Source of the DNA: Halobacteriovoraceae bacterium | GTDB lineage: Bacteria; Bdellovibrionota; Bacteriovoracia; Bacteriovoracales; Bacteriovoracaceae | Assembly: GCA_002712005.1 (NCBI GenBank) | Contig: PASP01000003.1 | Span: 59,383-123,382 of the forward strand | Direction: 5' to 3' | DNA length: 64,000 nucleotides | Shown: positions 9,095 through 18,116 of the stretch, piece after piece | Position numbering within the stretch: position 1 is the first letter of the stretch | Layout of the letters: each line of letters opens with the position of its first letter | Made by a program: the position numbers and the translations under genes | Notes under the pieces: model-generated | Told to the model about the DNA's origin: nothing | The model's database searches: none | The model's input: only the letters and a program-made list of their open reading frames with translations

Positions 9095-11902
9095 ATGCCT
9101 AAGAAGATTTTTGAAATAGCAAAAGAACTCGATATGGGAGCCATTGATCTGGTAGAAAAGCTTAAGGATGAAGGCTTTAACGTCAGAAACCATATGGCTT
9201 CACTTGACGACGCTGATGTTGAAAAAGTGATGGCCAAATTTGGTGCTCCAGTTGAAGAGAAGTCGGCGCCTAAGACGAAGAAGAAAACAACAAAGAAAAA
9301 GAAAGTTGTTAAAAAGTCTGCAACGACGACAAAGAAGAAGACGACAAAGAAAAAGGCCGTTGTTACCAAAAAGAAAACGGTTATCCGTAAGAAAGGTGAT
9401 GCTGAGATGGCAGAAGAGGACACGACTCCTGAAGTTGTGGCCAGTGAAGCTGTTGTCGAAGAAGAAAAGCCAAAAGCAACACCTAAGACACGTATTGTGA
9501 AGAAAGACGCTAAGTCGGAAGGTCCTAAAGAAGAAGCTGCTGAAAATAAGTCAGAATCTTTAAAAGAGGCCTTTGGTTTAAGAGTTGTTTCTCGACCCGA
9601 GGAAGAAGCTGAGGACTCACAAGATGAATCTTCCAGCTCTGAAGTAGCAGCAAAAACTGCTGAATCAGATGATTCCAAAAGTTCGTCACAGAAAAAAGAT
9701 GATGAACCCGAACTTTACAAAGAAAAAGTTCATACCTTCACACCTGTGTTCATTCCAGAGAAGAAAGAAGCTTCTTCAGATTCTTCTGATGGAGAGCAAA
9801 GTTCTAGCTCTTCCGATGATTCAGAAGATGGTAAGAAAGAAAAGGATAGCAAAAAGCGCTTAGGTGGTCTTGCCTCTATGATGTCAGGTAAGAAGTCTGC
9901 ATCTAAGTCACAGACGCTTAATCAGGCCCGTGCAGACTCTGAACTCAAGAGTTATGCGGCCCTAAGTGGTACTGGACGTCCAATCTATACTCAGGTTAAG
10001 CGTAAGAAGAGCTACTCTGGTCCTACTAAAGACACAGAGATTACTGAGGTTAAAGAATCAAAAAGAGTTGTAAAACTTCATGGTGGAGCAACGGCTAAAG
10101 ATCTTGCTAAGAAATTAAGTATTAAACTTAAAGAGATGATTGATAAGGCCTTAGATCTTAACCTTCTTATTAAAGGTGAAGACTATATTGGTATAAAGCT
10201 TGCCTCTGAAATCGCGAATCTTTATGACTATCGTGTAGAAGATATTTCATTTAATGAAGATGAAGTGATTGGGAAAGAGAAGCTCTCTGCTGAAGATAAA
10301 GAGAAACTACCCTTACGTAACCCTATTATTACTATTATGGGACACGTTGATCATGGTAAAACAACACTTCTCGATTATATTCGTAACGCAAAAGTAGCCT
10401 CTGGTGAAGCTGGAGGGATTACTCAACATATTGGTGCTTACTCAGTTAAAACTGAAAGTGGTAAGAAACTGACCTTCTTGGATACTCCTGGTCACGCTGC
10501 TTTCGCTAATATGAGACAACGTGGTGCCAATATTACTGACGTAGTGATCCTTGTAGTTGCTGCCGATGATGGTGTTATGCCTCAGACTCGTGAAAGTGTT
10601 CGCTTTGTTCAAGAAGCAGGAGTCCCTCTTATTGTTGCGATCAACAAAATGGATAAGGACTCTGCTAACCCAGATCGTGTTAAGAATGAGTTAACTGAAT
10701 TTCATATAACTCCGGAAGAATGGGGTGGGGACACGCAGATGGTTCCAATCTCGGCTTTAAATGGAGATGGTGTAGATGATCTTTTAGAAGCTGTTGCTCT
10801 TCAAGCCGAAATGCTTGAATTAAGAGCTGAGCCTAAAGGGTCTGCCCATGGTGTAGTTATAGAATCTAAGGTTGAACCAGGACGTGGTCCTGTGGCCACT
10901 CTTCTCGTACAAACAGGAACTCTTAAAAAAGGTGATTCCATTGTTGTAGGAGAGTCTTATGGTCGTGCCAGAAGTCTTGTTGACTCCACTGGTAAAGAGC
11001 TTAAGTCTGCAGGTCCTTCAACTCCGGTTCAAGTTCTCGGACTTAATGAAGCTCCATCACCTGGTGATGAATTAGCTGTTGTTAAAAATGAACGTGAAGC
11101 TAAGAAAATTGTTCAAAATAGAATTGATGATCGTAAAAAACTTGAGAATATGCCTAAGAAGTCAACGGTTTCCCTTGAAGATTTCTTTGCTAGTGCTGCT
11201 GGTGAAGGAACGGAAACGAAGACTCTTAATATTATTGTACGCTCCGATGTTCAGGGGTCTTTTGAAGCCATTAAAGGCTCACTTGAGAACCTTGGTAACT
11301 CTGAAGTTGAAGTTAAACTTATAAGTGGTGGAGTTGGTCCAATAAGCGAATCAGATGTTCAGCTTGCTGATGCTTCTGATGCGATTATTATGGGATTTAA
11401 TATGAGACCTGTAACTTCTGCTCGTCGAATGGCCGAAGATAAGGGGATCGAAATTCGTACTTATTCGATTATCTATAAACTTATCGATGATGTTACTCTC
11501 GCTCTTGAAGGGATGCTTGATCCTGAGTTCTCTGAGAAATATATCGGTCGTGCTGAAGTTAAGGAAACTTTCTCTGTACCAAAAATTGGTGTCATTGCAG
11601 GTTCCGTTGTTATCGATGGCTCAATCCAGGTTGGTTGTCAGGTACGTCTTCTTCGCGAAGGTAAAATTATCTTTGACGGTAAGATGTCTAGTCTTAAGCG
11701 CTTCAAAGATGATGTTAAAGAAGTTAAGAGTGGTTACGAATGTGGTGTTGGTCTCGAAGGTTACAACGATATTAAAGTTGGAGATCTTTTTGAAGCTTAC
11801 ATCATGGAAGAGAAGAAACGCTCTCTTGAAGATGTGGCCAAAGAAGAAGCCATTGCTGCAAGTAGAAAAGAAAAAGAGGAAGCTGATTCCTCTCACGCAT
11901 AG
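9095..11902 (+). CDS. infB: Translation initiation factor IF-2
   Basis: 935 aa. Lys/Glu/Ser-rich N-terminal linker, G domain (IMGHVDHGKTTLLD, DTPGHAAF, NKMD) and C-terminal IF2 domains. Ends with TAG at 11900-11902. Confidence 0.98.
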   Translation: MPKKIFEIAKELDMGAIDLVEKLKDEGFNVRNHMASLDDADVEKVMAKFGAPVEEKSAPKTKKKTTKKKKVVKKSATTTKKKTTKKKAVVTKKKTVIRKKGDAEMAEEDTTPEVVASEAVVEEEKPKATPKTRIVKKDAKSEGPKEEAAENKSESLKEAFGLRVVSRPEEEAEDSQDESSSSEVAAKTAESDDSKSSSQKKDDEPELYKEKVHTFTPVFIPEKKEASSDSSDGEQSSSSSDDSEDGKKEKDSKKRLGGLASMMSGKKSASKSQTLNQARADSELKSYAALSGTGRPIYTQVKRKKSYSGPTKDTEITEVKESKRVVKLHGGATAKDLAKKLSIKLKEMIDKALDLNLLIKGEDYIGIKLASEIANLYDYRVEDISFNEDEVIGKEKLSAEDKEKLPLRNPIITIMGHVDHGKTTLLDYIRNAKVASGEAGGITQHIGAYSVKTESGKKLTFLDTPGHAAFANMRQRGANITDVVILVVAADDGVMPQTRESVRFVQEAGVPLIVAINKMDKDSANPDRVKNELTEFHITPEEWGGDTQMVPISALNGDGVDDLLEAVALQAEMLELRAEPKGSAHGVVIESKVEPGRGPVATLLVQTGTLKKGDSIVVGESYGRARSLVDSTGKELKSAGPSTPVQVLGLNEAPSPGDELAVVKNEREAKKIVQNRIDDRKKLENMPKKSTVSLEDFFASAAGEGTETKTLNIIVRSDVQGSFEAIKGSLENLGNSEVEVKLISGGVGPISESDVQLADASDAIIMGFNMRPVTSARRMAEDKGIEIRTYSIIYKLIDDVTLALEGMLDPEFSEKYIGRAEVKETFSVPKIGVIAGSVVIDGSIQVGCQVRLLREGKIIFDGKMSSLKRFKDDVKEVKSGYECGVGLEGYNDIKVGDLFEAYIMEEKKRSLEDVAKEEAIAASRKEKEEADSSHA

Positions 11903-11916
11903 TATTTAGGTAGAAC

Positions 11917-12300
11917 ATGAGTAAAGGTAATAACAAAGGAAAGATGGATAAGAATGCTAAAAAGGCCATGTTTGAGGAGAGAATCCTCAATGAGCTTAAT
12001 ATGATTCTTCGTCGTGATATGAACGATACCCGTCTTCAATTTGTAAGCCTTACTCATGTTGAACTATCTAATGACTTTAGTATGGCCAAAGTTTATTGGG
12101 ATACCTTTGATAGTGGTAAAAGAGGGGATATTAAAAAAGCTCTTCATAGCGCTCATGGGAAACTTAGATCGAATTTGGCCAAAGTACTCAATGTTCGTCA
12201 CACGCCAGATCTCACCCTTCTCTATGATGGGCAATTTGAGAGCGAAAAGGCGATTGACGAGCTCCTTGAAAAAGAGGCCAAAGAGGGAAAGAGTTTCTAA
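11917..12300 (+). CDS. rbfA: Ribosome-binding factor A
   Basis: 127 aa, positioned between infB and truB. RLQFVSLTHVELSNDFSMAKVYW is a typical RbfA KH-like core. Confidence 0.95.
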   Translation: MSKGNNKGKMDKNAKKAMFEERILNELNMILRRDMNDTRLQFVSLTHVELSNDFSMAKVYWDTFDSGKRGDIKKALHSAHGKLRSNLAKVLNVRHTPDLTLLYDGQFESEKAIDELLEKEAKEGKSF

Positions 12301-12304
12301 ACCC

Positions 12305-13372
12305 ATGATCAGCCTCTATGACCACTCTGATTCGCCCAGGTTTCACGACCCAATTGAATTATCCGAATTAATCAATGCACTACCTGATCTCCCTCTATTT
12401 AACGAAGATCTTCCCTTTGATAACCGCCCTTTTATCATTCCTTTATTTAAGCCTGCAGGGATTTCTTCTTTTGATGTCATTCGCAAAGTGAGAAAGAAGA
12501 TTATTTCTCACCTAGGAAAGGGAAAAGGCAGAAGAAAATTAAAAATCGGCCACTTTGGAACACTTGATCCCTTCGCTGAGGGAATTCTTCTGGTGGGTAC
12601 GGGTAAGGCGATGAAGCTCATGTCGATGATCCAAGATCAACTTCCTAAGAGCTACTGTGCTCTAGGTGTTATTGGGATTAAGACTCTCACTGGTGATTGT
12701 GAGGGTGAGATTATTGAAAAGGTAGAACTAAGTGAAAAGGAACTCTCAAATATTTATCGAGAGATTGAAAATACCTCCAGCACTCTAGAAGGAAAGTATT
12801 GGCAAAAACCCCCTTACTTTAGCGCTGTTAAACATGAGGGAAGACCTCTCTATGACTATGCTCGAGAGGGAATTTTCATTGAGAAAGAAGCAGTCGAAAG
12901 AGAAATTTATTCGTTAAATTTACTAGAAAACCCTACGACGATTAAAGATGAAGTTCTATTTGAATGTTCTGTGAGTAATGGAACCTATATTCGAACTCTG
13001 TGGCAAGATCTTTTACCTCACTTAAGAGGGGCAGGACATTTAAAGGCCTTGAAGCGTTCAAAGATTGGCAATCTCAATATTTCGCAAACGATCTTACCCG
13101 ATGATTTTATAGACAGAGAGGACTTCTATGCCCTCTCTCCTGTCGATATTATTTCTTTAGAGACCATTTCTTTTAATCTTTCAGAAGCTTTAGATCTTCT
13201 CCAAGGTCGGTCCCTAATAAGAATTAATGAGGGTGACCAAGGGAAGGAAGGTCCATTTTGGGCTTATTATGGCTCTCACTTGCTAGGAATAGGCTTGATT
13301 AAGTTACTTACTGACAATCGTTTAGAAGTTAAAATAGATACTTTATTATTTGGTTTAGCGAAGAAAGATTAA
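12305..13372 (+). CDS. truB: tRNA pseudouridine(55) synthase TruB
   Basis: GHFGTLDPFAEGILLVGTGKAMKL (catalytic Asp motif) and YFSAVKHEGRPLYDYAREG. ATG 12305 lies 2 nt after the rbfA stop. The track ORF start at 12056 overlaps rbfA out of frame and was rejected. Confidence 0.93.
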   Translation: MISLYDHSDSPRFHDPIELSELINALPDLPLFNEDLPFDNRPFIIPLFKPAGISSFDVIRKVRKKIISHLGKGKGRRKLKIGHFGTLDPFAEGILLVGTGKAMKLMSMIQDQLPKSYCALGVIGIKTLTGDCEGEIIEKVELSEKELSNIYREIENTSSTLEGKYWQKPPYFSAVKHEGRPLYDYAREGIFIEKEAVEREIYSLNLLENPTTIKDEVLFECSVSNGTYIRTLWQDLLPHLRGAGHLKALKRSKIGNLNISQTILPDDFIDREDFYALSPVDIISLETISFNLSEALDLLQGRSLIRINEGDQGKEGPFWAYYGSHLLGIGLIKLLTDNRLEVKIDTLLFGLAKKD

Positions 13373-13528
13373 ATAAAGAGTTAATTGATTCTTAGCATAA
13401 TTTAGGCAAAGCATAGATGATAAATTTTATCGGTTAAGCTCTTGAAATGTTTGGCCTTTTTATCAGGCATCTTTTATATTAGTTATGCTATATAATAATG
13501 AAAGATATTTTAGGGATGAGGAGTTATA

Positions 13529-14371
13529 GTGAACACTACTTTAATTGCTATGGCAGTTGCCGCGATCGCCGCTATAGGATTGGTTGTAACCGTTGGAATC
13601 GTTAGTTTATTATCCGGTGGTCTACACTTTCTTTTCGCACGTCCGCGTATTGAGTTTTTAAAATCAGAATTTGGAAATGAAGGTTTTGCCTTTTCCTTTT
13701 CTTGGAATGCTACTCGCGAGCCTGCAAAATTTGATAAAGTTAAAGTAAGGCTCTTTAATCCTTTTGGTTCTCCAACTCAAGTGGAAGTTTCTCGTGAGTT
13801 CGCTGCAGCTGGTTCTGACTTTGCTCGTGATGCCTATATGGGTAATGGAATGGTTCGCTTACTCGAGGCTAAGGGTCTTGATAATGCAACTGTTGAAGTC
13901 GAAGTTATCTCAACTAAAGATAGTGTTTCCCAATACTTTAGCTTCAAAGGTCATAAGTTTGTAAAGATGCTTTCAGAAGCAACTGAGACGGTTAAGGATA
14001 TTGAAGAAAAACTTCCTGGAAAAGCACCTAAGCCTATTTATCAAACAGTTCAAAGATCATTCATTGCTGATCCTCTTCCTCAAAGTTCGAAGACGATTAA
14101 ACTTGCAACTAATCCTGAGTTTGCAGGGGATTTTGCTGCTGCTGGCGGATCTGGTGGGGAGACTCAAGAAAACTTTGAAGTAAGTAAGGTTTGGATTGAT
14201 CCCGGTTGTATTGTTTGTAATGCTTGTGAAGCGATTTTTCCTGAAGTTTTTGAAGTGACTGACGATACTTGTTTAATTCGTCCTGATGCACCTTTAAACG
14301 ATGGTCTTAAAATTCAAGAAGCTGCAGAAGCTTGTCCTGTTGAGGTTATTAAGTTCAACAAGGCCGGATAG
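13529..14371 (+). CDS. Membrane-anchored protein with a C-terminal single-cluster ferredoxin domain
   Basis: GTG start with GAGGAG 5 nt upstream. N-terminal TM helix (LIAMAVAAIAAIGLVVTVGIVSLL) followed by basic residues. About 170 aa have no recognisable domain. The C-terminus WIDPGCIVCNACEAIFPEVFEV...EAAEACPVEVIKF carries CxxCxxC...CP cluster ligands. Confidence 0.75.
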   Translation: MNTTLIAMAVAAIAAIGLVVTVGIVSLLSGGLHFLFARPRIEFLKSEFGNEGFAFSFSWNATREPAKFDKVKVRLFNPFGSPTQVEVSREFAAAGSDFARDAYMGNGMVRLLEAKGLDNATVEVEVISTKDSVSQYFSFKGHKFVKMLSEATETVKDIEEKLPGKAPKPIYQTVQRSFIADPLPQSSKTIKLATNPEFAGDFAAAGGSGGETQENFEVSKVWIDPGCIVCNACEAIFPEVFEVTDDTCLIRPDAPLNDGLKIQEAAEACPVEVIKFNKAG

Positions 14372-14400
14372 AAAATTCAAAAATATAATGATGAGTTATA

Positions 14401-14431
14401 AAAAAAGGCTTCCAAGTGGAAGCCTTTTTTA
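14401..14431. terminator. Bidirectional rho-independent terminator between convergent genes
   Basis: AAAAAA-GGCTTCC-AAGT-GGAAGCC-TTTTTT: a perfect 7-bp GC-rich stem flanked by an A-run and a T-run. Confidence 0.85.
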
Positions 14432-14458
14432 TTGGGATTGAACTCGTTGATTAAAGAT

Positions 14459-15136
14459 TTACTTCTTCTTAATTAGATCAGAATGAAGGAGCTTTTTAAG
14501 ACCTTCTTGGTTTTCCTCCCAGATGGCCTTTAAATCTTTGTCATCACTTAAAGTCGGACATTCAAAGGTAAGGACAGGAGAATTATATTTTTCTGGACCG
14601 TAATTACCTAGACTTCCAGGTGTAGGATAACCAATATCTCCTTCTACTGGATATTCATTATACTTGGCGAGAAACTCTGCGACTTCCTTACAGTCTGAAT
14701 TGTAATTAAGAATAGGCTTCCAAGAGTGGAAAGTTAAAATGAGATGAGGCGGGTATTTCGCAAAGAGACCATCGAGATATTGATTCTCTGGCTCACTCAA
14801 TGCTTCAGGTCCTGGATTGTATTTCGGTTCTCTAACTTCAGCTTCCCAATTTGTGGAAGGAAGATTTCTATTGAGATCTACTCCATGGGCATTGGTACGG
14901 TTACCCGCTCTATAGCCGTCTACATTTAAAATGGGAACGACAATGAAAGATACATCCTTAACATCTTCTTCTTGAAGCCATTCGTAGAGCATTTTTAGCA
15001 CATAGACACCTTCTACTTTGTCGCCGTGAACACCGGCCATTAGGTAGCAATAGCTTGTATCTTTTTTATCACTTCTAAAGGCTTCAATCTCAGTACCTTC
15101 AACACTAATTCCTGAACGTAAACTTACAAAATTCAT
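14459..15136 (-). CDS. M14-family zinc carboxypeptidase-like protein (MpaA/murein-peptide-amidase-like size class)
   Basis: GVHGDKVEG, VPILNVDGYRAGNRTNAHGVDLNRNLP and LTFHSW match the M14 fold motifs. 225 aa, no signal peptide. AAGGA RBS. Confidence 0.8.
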   Translation of the reverse strand: MNFVSLRSGISVEGTEIEAFRSDKKDTSYCYLMAGVHGDKVEGVYVLKMLYEWLQEEDVKDVSFIVVPILNVDGYRAGNRTNAHGVDLNRNLPSTNWEAEVREPKYNPGPEALSEPENQYLDGLFAKYPPHLILTFHSWKPILNYNSDCKEVAEFLAKYNEYPVEGDIGYPTPGSLGNYGPEKYNSPVLTFECPTLSDDKDLKAIWEENQEGLKKLLHSDLIKKK

Positions 15137-15145
15137 AAAATCCTT

Positions 15146-15637
15146 TTAAGACTGATAGGTATAAACGGCACACTGACCGGGAGTTTCTTCGACTTCGATC
15201 TCTAATTTTGGAAAATTAAAGTTATATCTTTCCCTTACTAAGTGATGAATTCTTTTGGCCAAGTAAATGGCCAGTCTTTCTGCACTGGTATTAGTAATAG
15301 GAAGTAAGAGAACATCTTCTTCGGGGATGATAAATTTCTTTCCATCTGGTGGAGTCAGATGAAAGTAACCATCTCTATTTTCAATATTAAGCATAGGATT
15401 CATTTCAGGGATAAGAAGTCGGTGATCTAGAGAGTCACAAACTTCTCTCACAATAGGTTTGATATCTAAGAAATCAAAAACCATATCTCCCTCTAACTGA
15501 CAGGCTTCACCCTTGAGCTGGACTCTATAGTTATGTCCATGTAAGGGCTCACGTGTTCCATCTTTGAAAATGAGAAAGTGAGAGGAAGCGAAGTTAAAGT
15601 ATTGCTTATAAACCTTAATTGAATATTCTGTATCCAA
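15146..15637 (-). CDS. 6-pyruvoyl-tetrahydropterin synthase / QueD family protein
   Basis: FNFASSHFL...EPLHGHNYRVQL is the PTPS/QueD zinc-ligand pattern. TTG start with AAGGA 9 nt upstream. Lies 9 nt upstream of the M14 gene, so the two are probably co-transcribed. Confidence 0.85.
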   Translation of the reverse strand: MDTEYSIKVYKQYFNFASSHFLIFKDGTREPLHGHNYRVQLKGEACQLEGDMVFDFLDIKPIVREVCDSLDHRLLIPEMNPMLNIENRDGYFHLTPPDGKKFIIPEEDVLLLPITNTSAERLAIYLAKRIHHLVRERYNFNFPKLEIEVEETPGQCAVYTYQS

Positions 15638-15839
15638 AGTAGAGATCCTTTTTTCTGGACATGAAAAGTTGGAACATGTCTGTTCTAAAGCGCGAGAATA
15701 AATTGTTAAAGCATAAAATTCTATTCAAAATGGAGCCTATAGTCTATTATTTAGCGCAAGAATTCTAGTGTGATTTCTTAAAAATGACGTTTTATTTCAA
15801 GCGTATACCTCTCAAAAACAATGAACTAAAGATATTATT

Positions 15840-16493
15840 GTGACGCAAGATGATAAATTAAAAATTTCTCAAGCTCAGAAGAAGAAGGCCATACAATCTC
15901 TCTCTTTCCTAGAGAAGCTCTTTGTGAATTATCAAGGTGTTTCCTTTGAACAAATGAAAGAGTTGGTGGTAAATGCGGAGATTACTAAAAGTCCAACCGT
16001 GAGTTCGGATTTTTCGCTACCTGATTTGGGCAAAGAATATAACTACTATGCTTTTTCCGATGGAGCTTGTCGTGGAAATCCTGGACCCGGAGCTTGGGGG
16101 AGTTTAGTTCAAGATTCTGAAGGGCTAGTGGTTTACGAAGCCAGTAGTGTAGAGATGAATACCACCAATAATCGCATGGAATTGCAAGGTGCGATTGAAG
16201 CTCTAAGATTCATTAGAAATGAACTCGGAACAGAGGGACCTGTGGCCCTAGTTAGCGACTCCAAGTATGTGGTTGAAGGCCTTAAATCATGGATGGCCGG
16301 CTGGAAGAAAAGAGGTTGGAAGAAAGCCGATAAGAAGACTCCTGAGAATGTAGAATTGTGGCAAGAAATCGATCAAGTTGTGAGTGGCTTTTCTATGATT
16401 CATTACTTTTGGGTAAAAGGACATAGTGGTCACCCACAAAATGAAAAATGTGATCAGTTGGCCAATGAGGCCCTTGATGACGCTGGATTTTAA
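15840..16493 (+). CDS. rnhA: Ribonuclease HI with an N-terminal extension of about 65 aa
   Basis: FSDGACRGNPGPGAWG, TNNRMELQGAIEAL, SDSKYVVEG and GHSGHPQNEKCDQLAN give the DEDD catalytic set of RNase HI. GTG start. Confidence 0.9.
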   Translation: MTQDDKLKISQAQKKKAIQSLSFLEKLFVNYQGVSFEQMKELVVNAEITKSPTVSSDFSLPDLGKEYNYYAFSDGACRGNPGPGAWGSLVQDSEGLVVYEASSVEMNTTNNRMELQGAIEALRFIRNELGTEGPVALVSDSKYVVEGLKSWMAGWKKRGWKKADKKTPENVELWQEIDQVVSGFSMIHYFWVKGHSGHPQNEKCDQLANEALDDAGF

Positions 16494-16511
16494 TTTTAAT
16501 GATATTAATGA

Positions 16512-17195
16512 ATGAAGTGCTTTAAAAGTTTTTACCTATTGATAACCGTTCTTAGCTCGCTAGTTTTAGGGAGTTGTTCCCATATCACTGAATGGGATAG
16601 AACTGCTGAAATAAGTGAACAAAGAACTCAAATAAGTGCCAGGGGCCAAGAGATCAACAAAGGGAAGAATTTAATTATCGAGGGAAAACAATCCTTGAAA
16701 ATTGCTCTTCTCAAATTGAAATTTCTTATCCCAGGTGTCGATTTAAAGTCCAACTCGGTTCTTGTTATGGATAAGGCGCTTTTCTTTACCAATAAAGAGT
16801 TCTTTTCCCTATCAGTGGATCAGAAGAGGAAATTGCAAAGAGAATTACTACCTGAACTGTATCAAGTTTATTCCGTTCTTGAAGAGATGAAGATGACGCT
16901 TGTAGTTGTTTGTTCACAAGGTGAGAATTGTGCATCCACTCATCTCAGAAATTGGATACCTGCGCCAATTTCCTTTGTAGGAATTTCAGGCCAAAATCTT
17001 AAGAAGCTTAATCGCTACGATCCTGTATTGATCTTATCGGATAGTAAAGATATCGTTGAATCCATTCATAGTAATAGAGACCTTGGTGACACTAACCCAT
17101 GGTTGTCTCGCTGGATTAAAATTCCAGGACTCTCTCAAACTGAACTTACTTATAATGAATGGAATGAACTTATTCCAAGTGTAACTCATTTCTAG
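16512..17195 (+). CDS. Hypothetical lipoprotein
   Basis: Signal peptide with a lipobox-like LVLGSC. No recognised domain. Confidence 0.6.
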   Translation: MKCFKSFYLLITVLSSLVLGSCSHITEWDRTAEISEQRTQISARGQEINKGKNLIIEGKQSLKIALLKLKFLIPGVDLKSNSVLVMDKALFFTNKEFFSLSVDQKRKLQRELLPELYQVYSVLEEMKMTLVVVCSQGENCASTHLRNWIPAPISFVGISGQNLKKLNRYDPVLILSDSKDIVESIHSNRDLGDTNPWLSRWIKIPGLSQTELTYNEWNELIPSVTHF

Positions 17196-17348
17196 TTTCG
17201 GCGATCTCAGCTTTCTTATTTGACTTCATTTTTATTTTAGATTTTTCTATGAAGTAGGAAGATTTTGTTTCGATTTAAGGTCTTGATATTACTCAATAGG
17301 AACGCTAATCTATTATAAGTTACATTTACGACCAAAAAAGGAAGGTTT

Positions 17349-18041
17349 ATGAAGAAGATTATTTTTCTTATGACGGCATCACTTGTGCTGTTTTCATGCA
17401 ACAAGGAAAAGAAAGTTAGCTTAAGTAGTGACGAACTCAAAGTGTTCTATACAGTAGGTCACACAATGGGAACAAAGATGAAAGATCTTGGTCTTTCTGA
17501 TGAAGAAGTCATTGCCTATACTATGGGTTATAAAGACGCAGTTAAAGGGACTAATCCTGAAGTAAAAGTTGAAGAATATAGAATGAAGATTCAACAATTA
17601 TTTACGGAAAGAATGTCTAAGAAAGCAGATACTGAAAAAGAAAGTGGAAAGGCCTTCTTAGAGAAATTCAAGAAAGAAGAAGGGGTTCAGGTTACTGAAT
17701 CTGGACTTGCTTATAAAATTGTTGAAGAAGGTAAGGGAGATAATCCTAAAGAAACAGATAAAGTTAAAGTTCATTACCATGGAACACTAACTTCTGGTGA
17801 AGTATTTGATTCATCAAAAGATCGTGGTCAGCCTGTAACTTTCCCACTCAATAGAGTGATTAAGGGATGGACTGAAGGTGTTCAGAAAATTAAAGAAGGT
17901 GGAAAAATTAGATTAGTTATTCCATCTGATCTTGCTTATGGAGACAATGGTGCTCCTCCAAAAATCCCAGGTGGTGCTACTCTTGTATTTGATGTAGAAC
18001 TTCTTGAGATTGTTAAAGAAGACGCTCCTAAGAAAAAATAA
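17349..18041 (+). CDS. FKBP-type peptidyl-prolyl cis-trans isomerase (FkpA/Mip-like lipoprotein)
   Basis: Lipobox LVLFSC. N-terminal dimerisation-helix region, then VKVHYHGTLTSGEVFDSS...VTFPLNRVIKGWTEGV...LVIPSDLAYGDNG...GGATLVFDVELLEI. Confidence 0.92.
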   Translation: MKKIIFLMTASLVLFSCNKEKKVSLSSDELKVFYTVGHTMGTKMKDLGLSDEEVIAYTMGYKDAVKGTNPEVKVEEYRMKIQQLFTERMSKKADTEKESGKAFLEKFKKEEGVQVTESGLAYKIVEEGKGDNPKETDKVKVHYHGTLTSGEVFDSSKDRGQPVTFPLNRVIKGWTEGVQKIKEGGKIRLVIPSDLAYGDNGAPPKIPGGATLVFDVELLEIVKEDAPKKK

Positions 18042-18065
18042 AAATTAAATAGAGCATTTTAATAA

Positions 18066-18090
18066 GGCCCTCTTTTGAGGGCCTTTTTTT
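18066..18090 (+). terminator. Rho-independent terminator after the FKBP gene
   Basis: GGCCCTC-TTTT-GAGGGCC followed by TTTTTTT. Confidence 0.9.
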
Positions 18091-18116
18091 GTTAAATAAT
18101 ATCAAAAGGATTTCAC

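Noticed and set aside
9064-9863. ORFs antisense to, or out of frame with, the infB N-terminal linker (9064..9678 minus, 9240..9500 plus, 9669..9863 plus).
   Set aside because: They lie entirely within the Lys/Glu/Ser-rich low-complexity part of infB. Their Ser/Phe-rich or Arg/Lys-rich translations are the mirror or shifted image of that repeat. infB itself is unambiguous.
12056-12304. Track start of the truB ORF, 83 codons upstream and overlapping most of rbfA.
   Set aside because: The extension has no TruB similarity and overlaps rbfA out of frame. ATG 12305, just after the rbfA stop, gives a normal operon junction.
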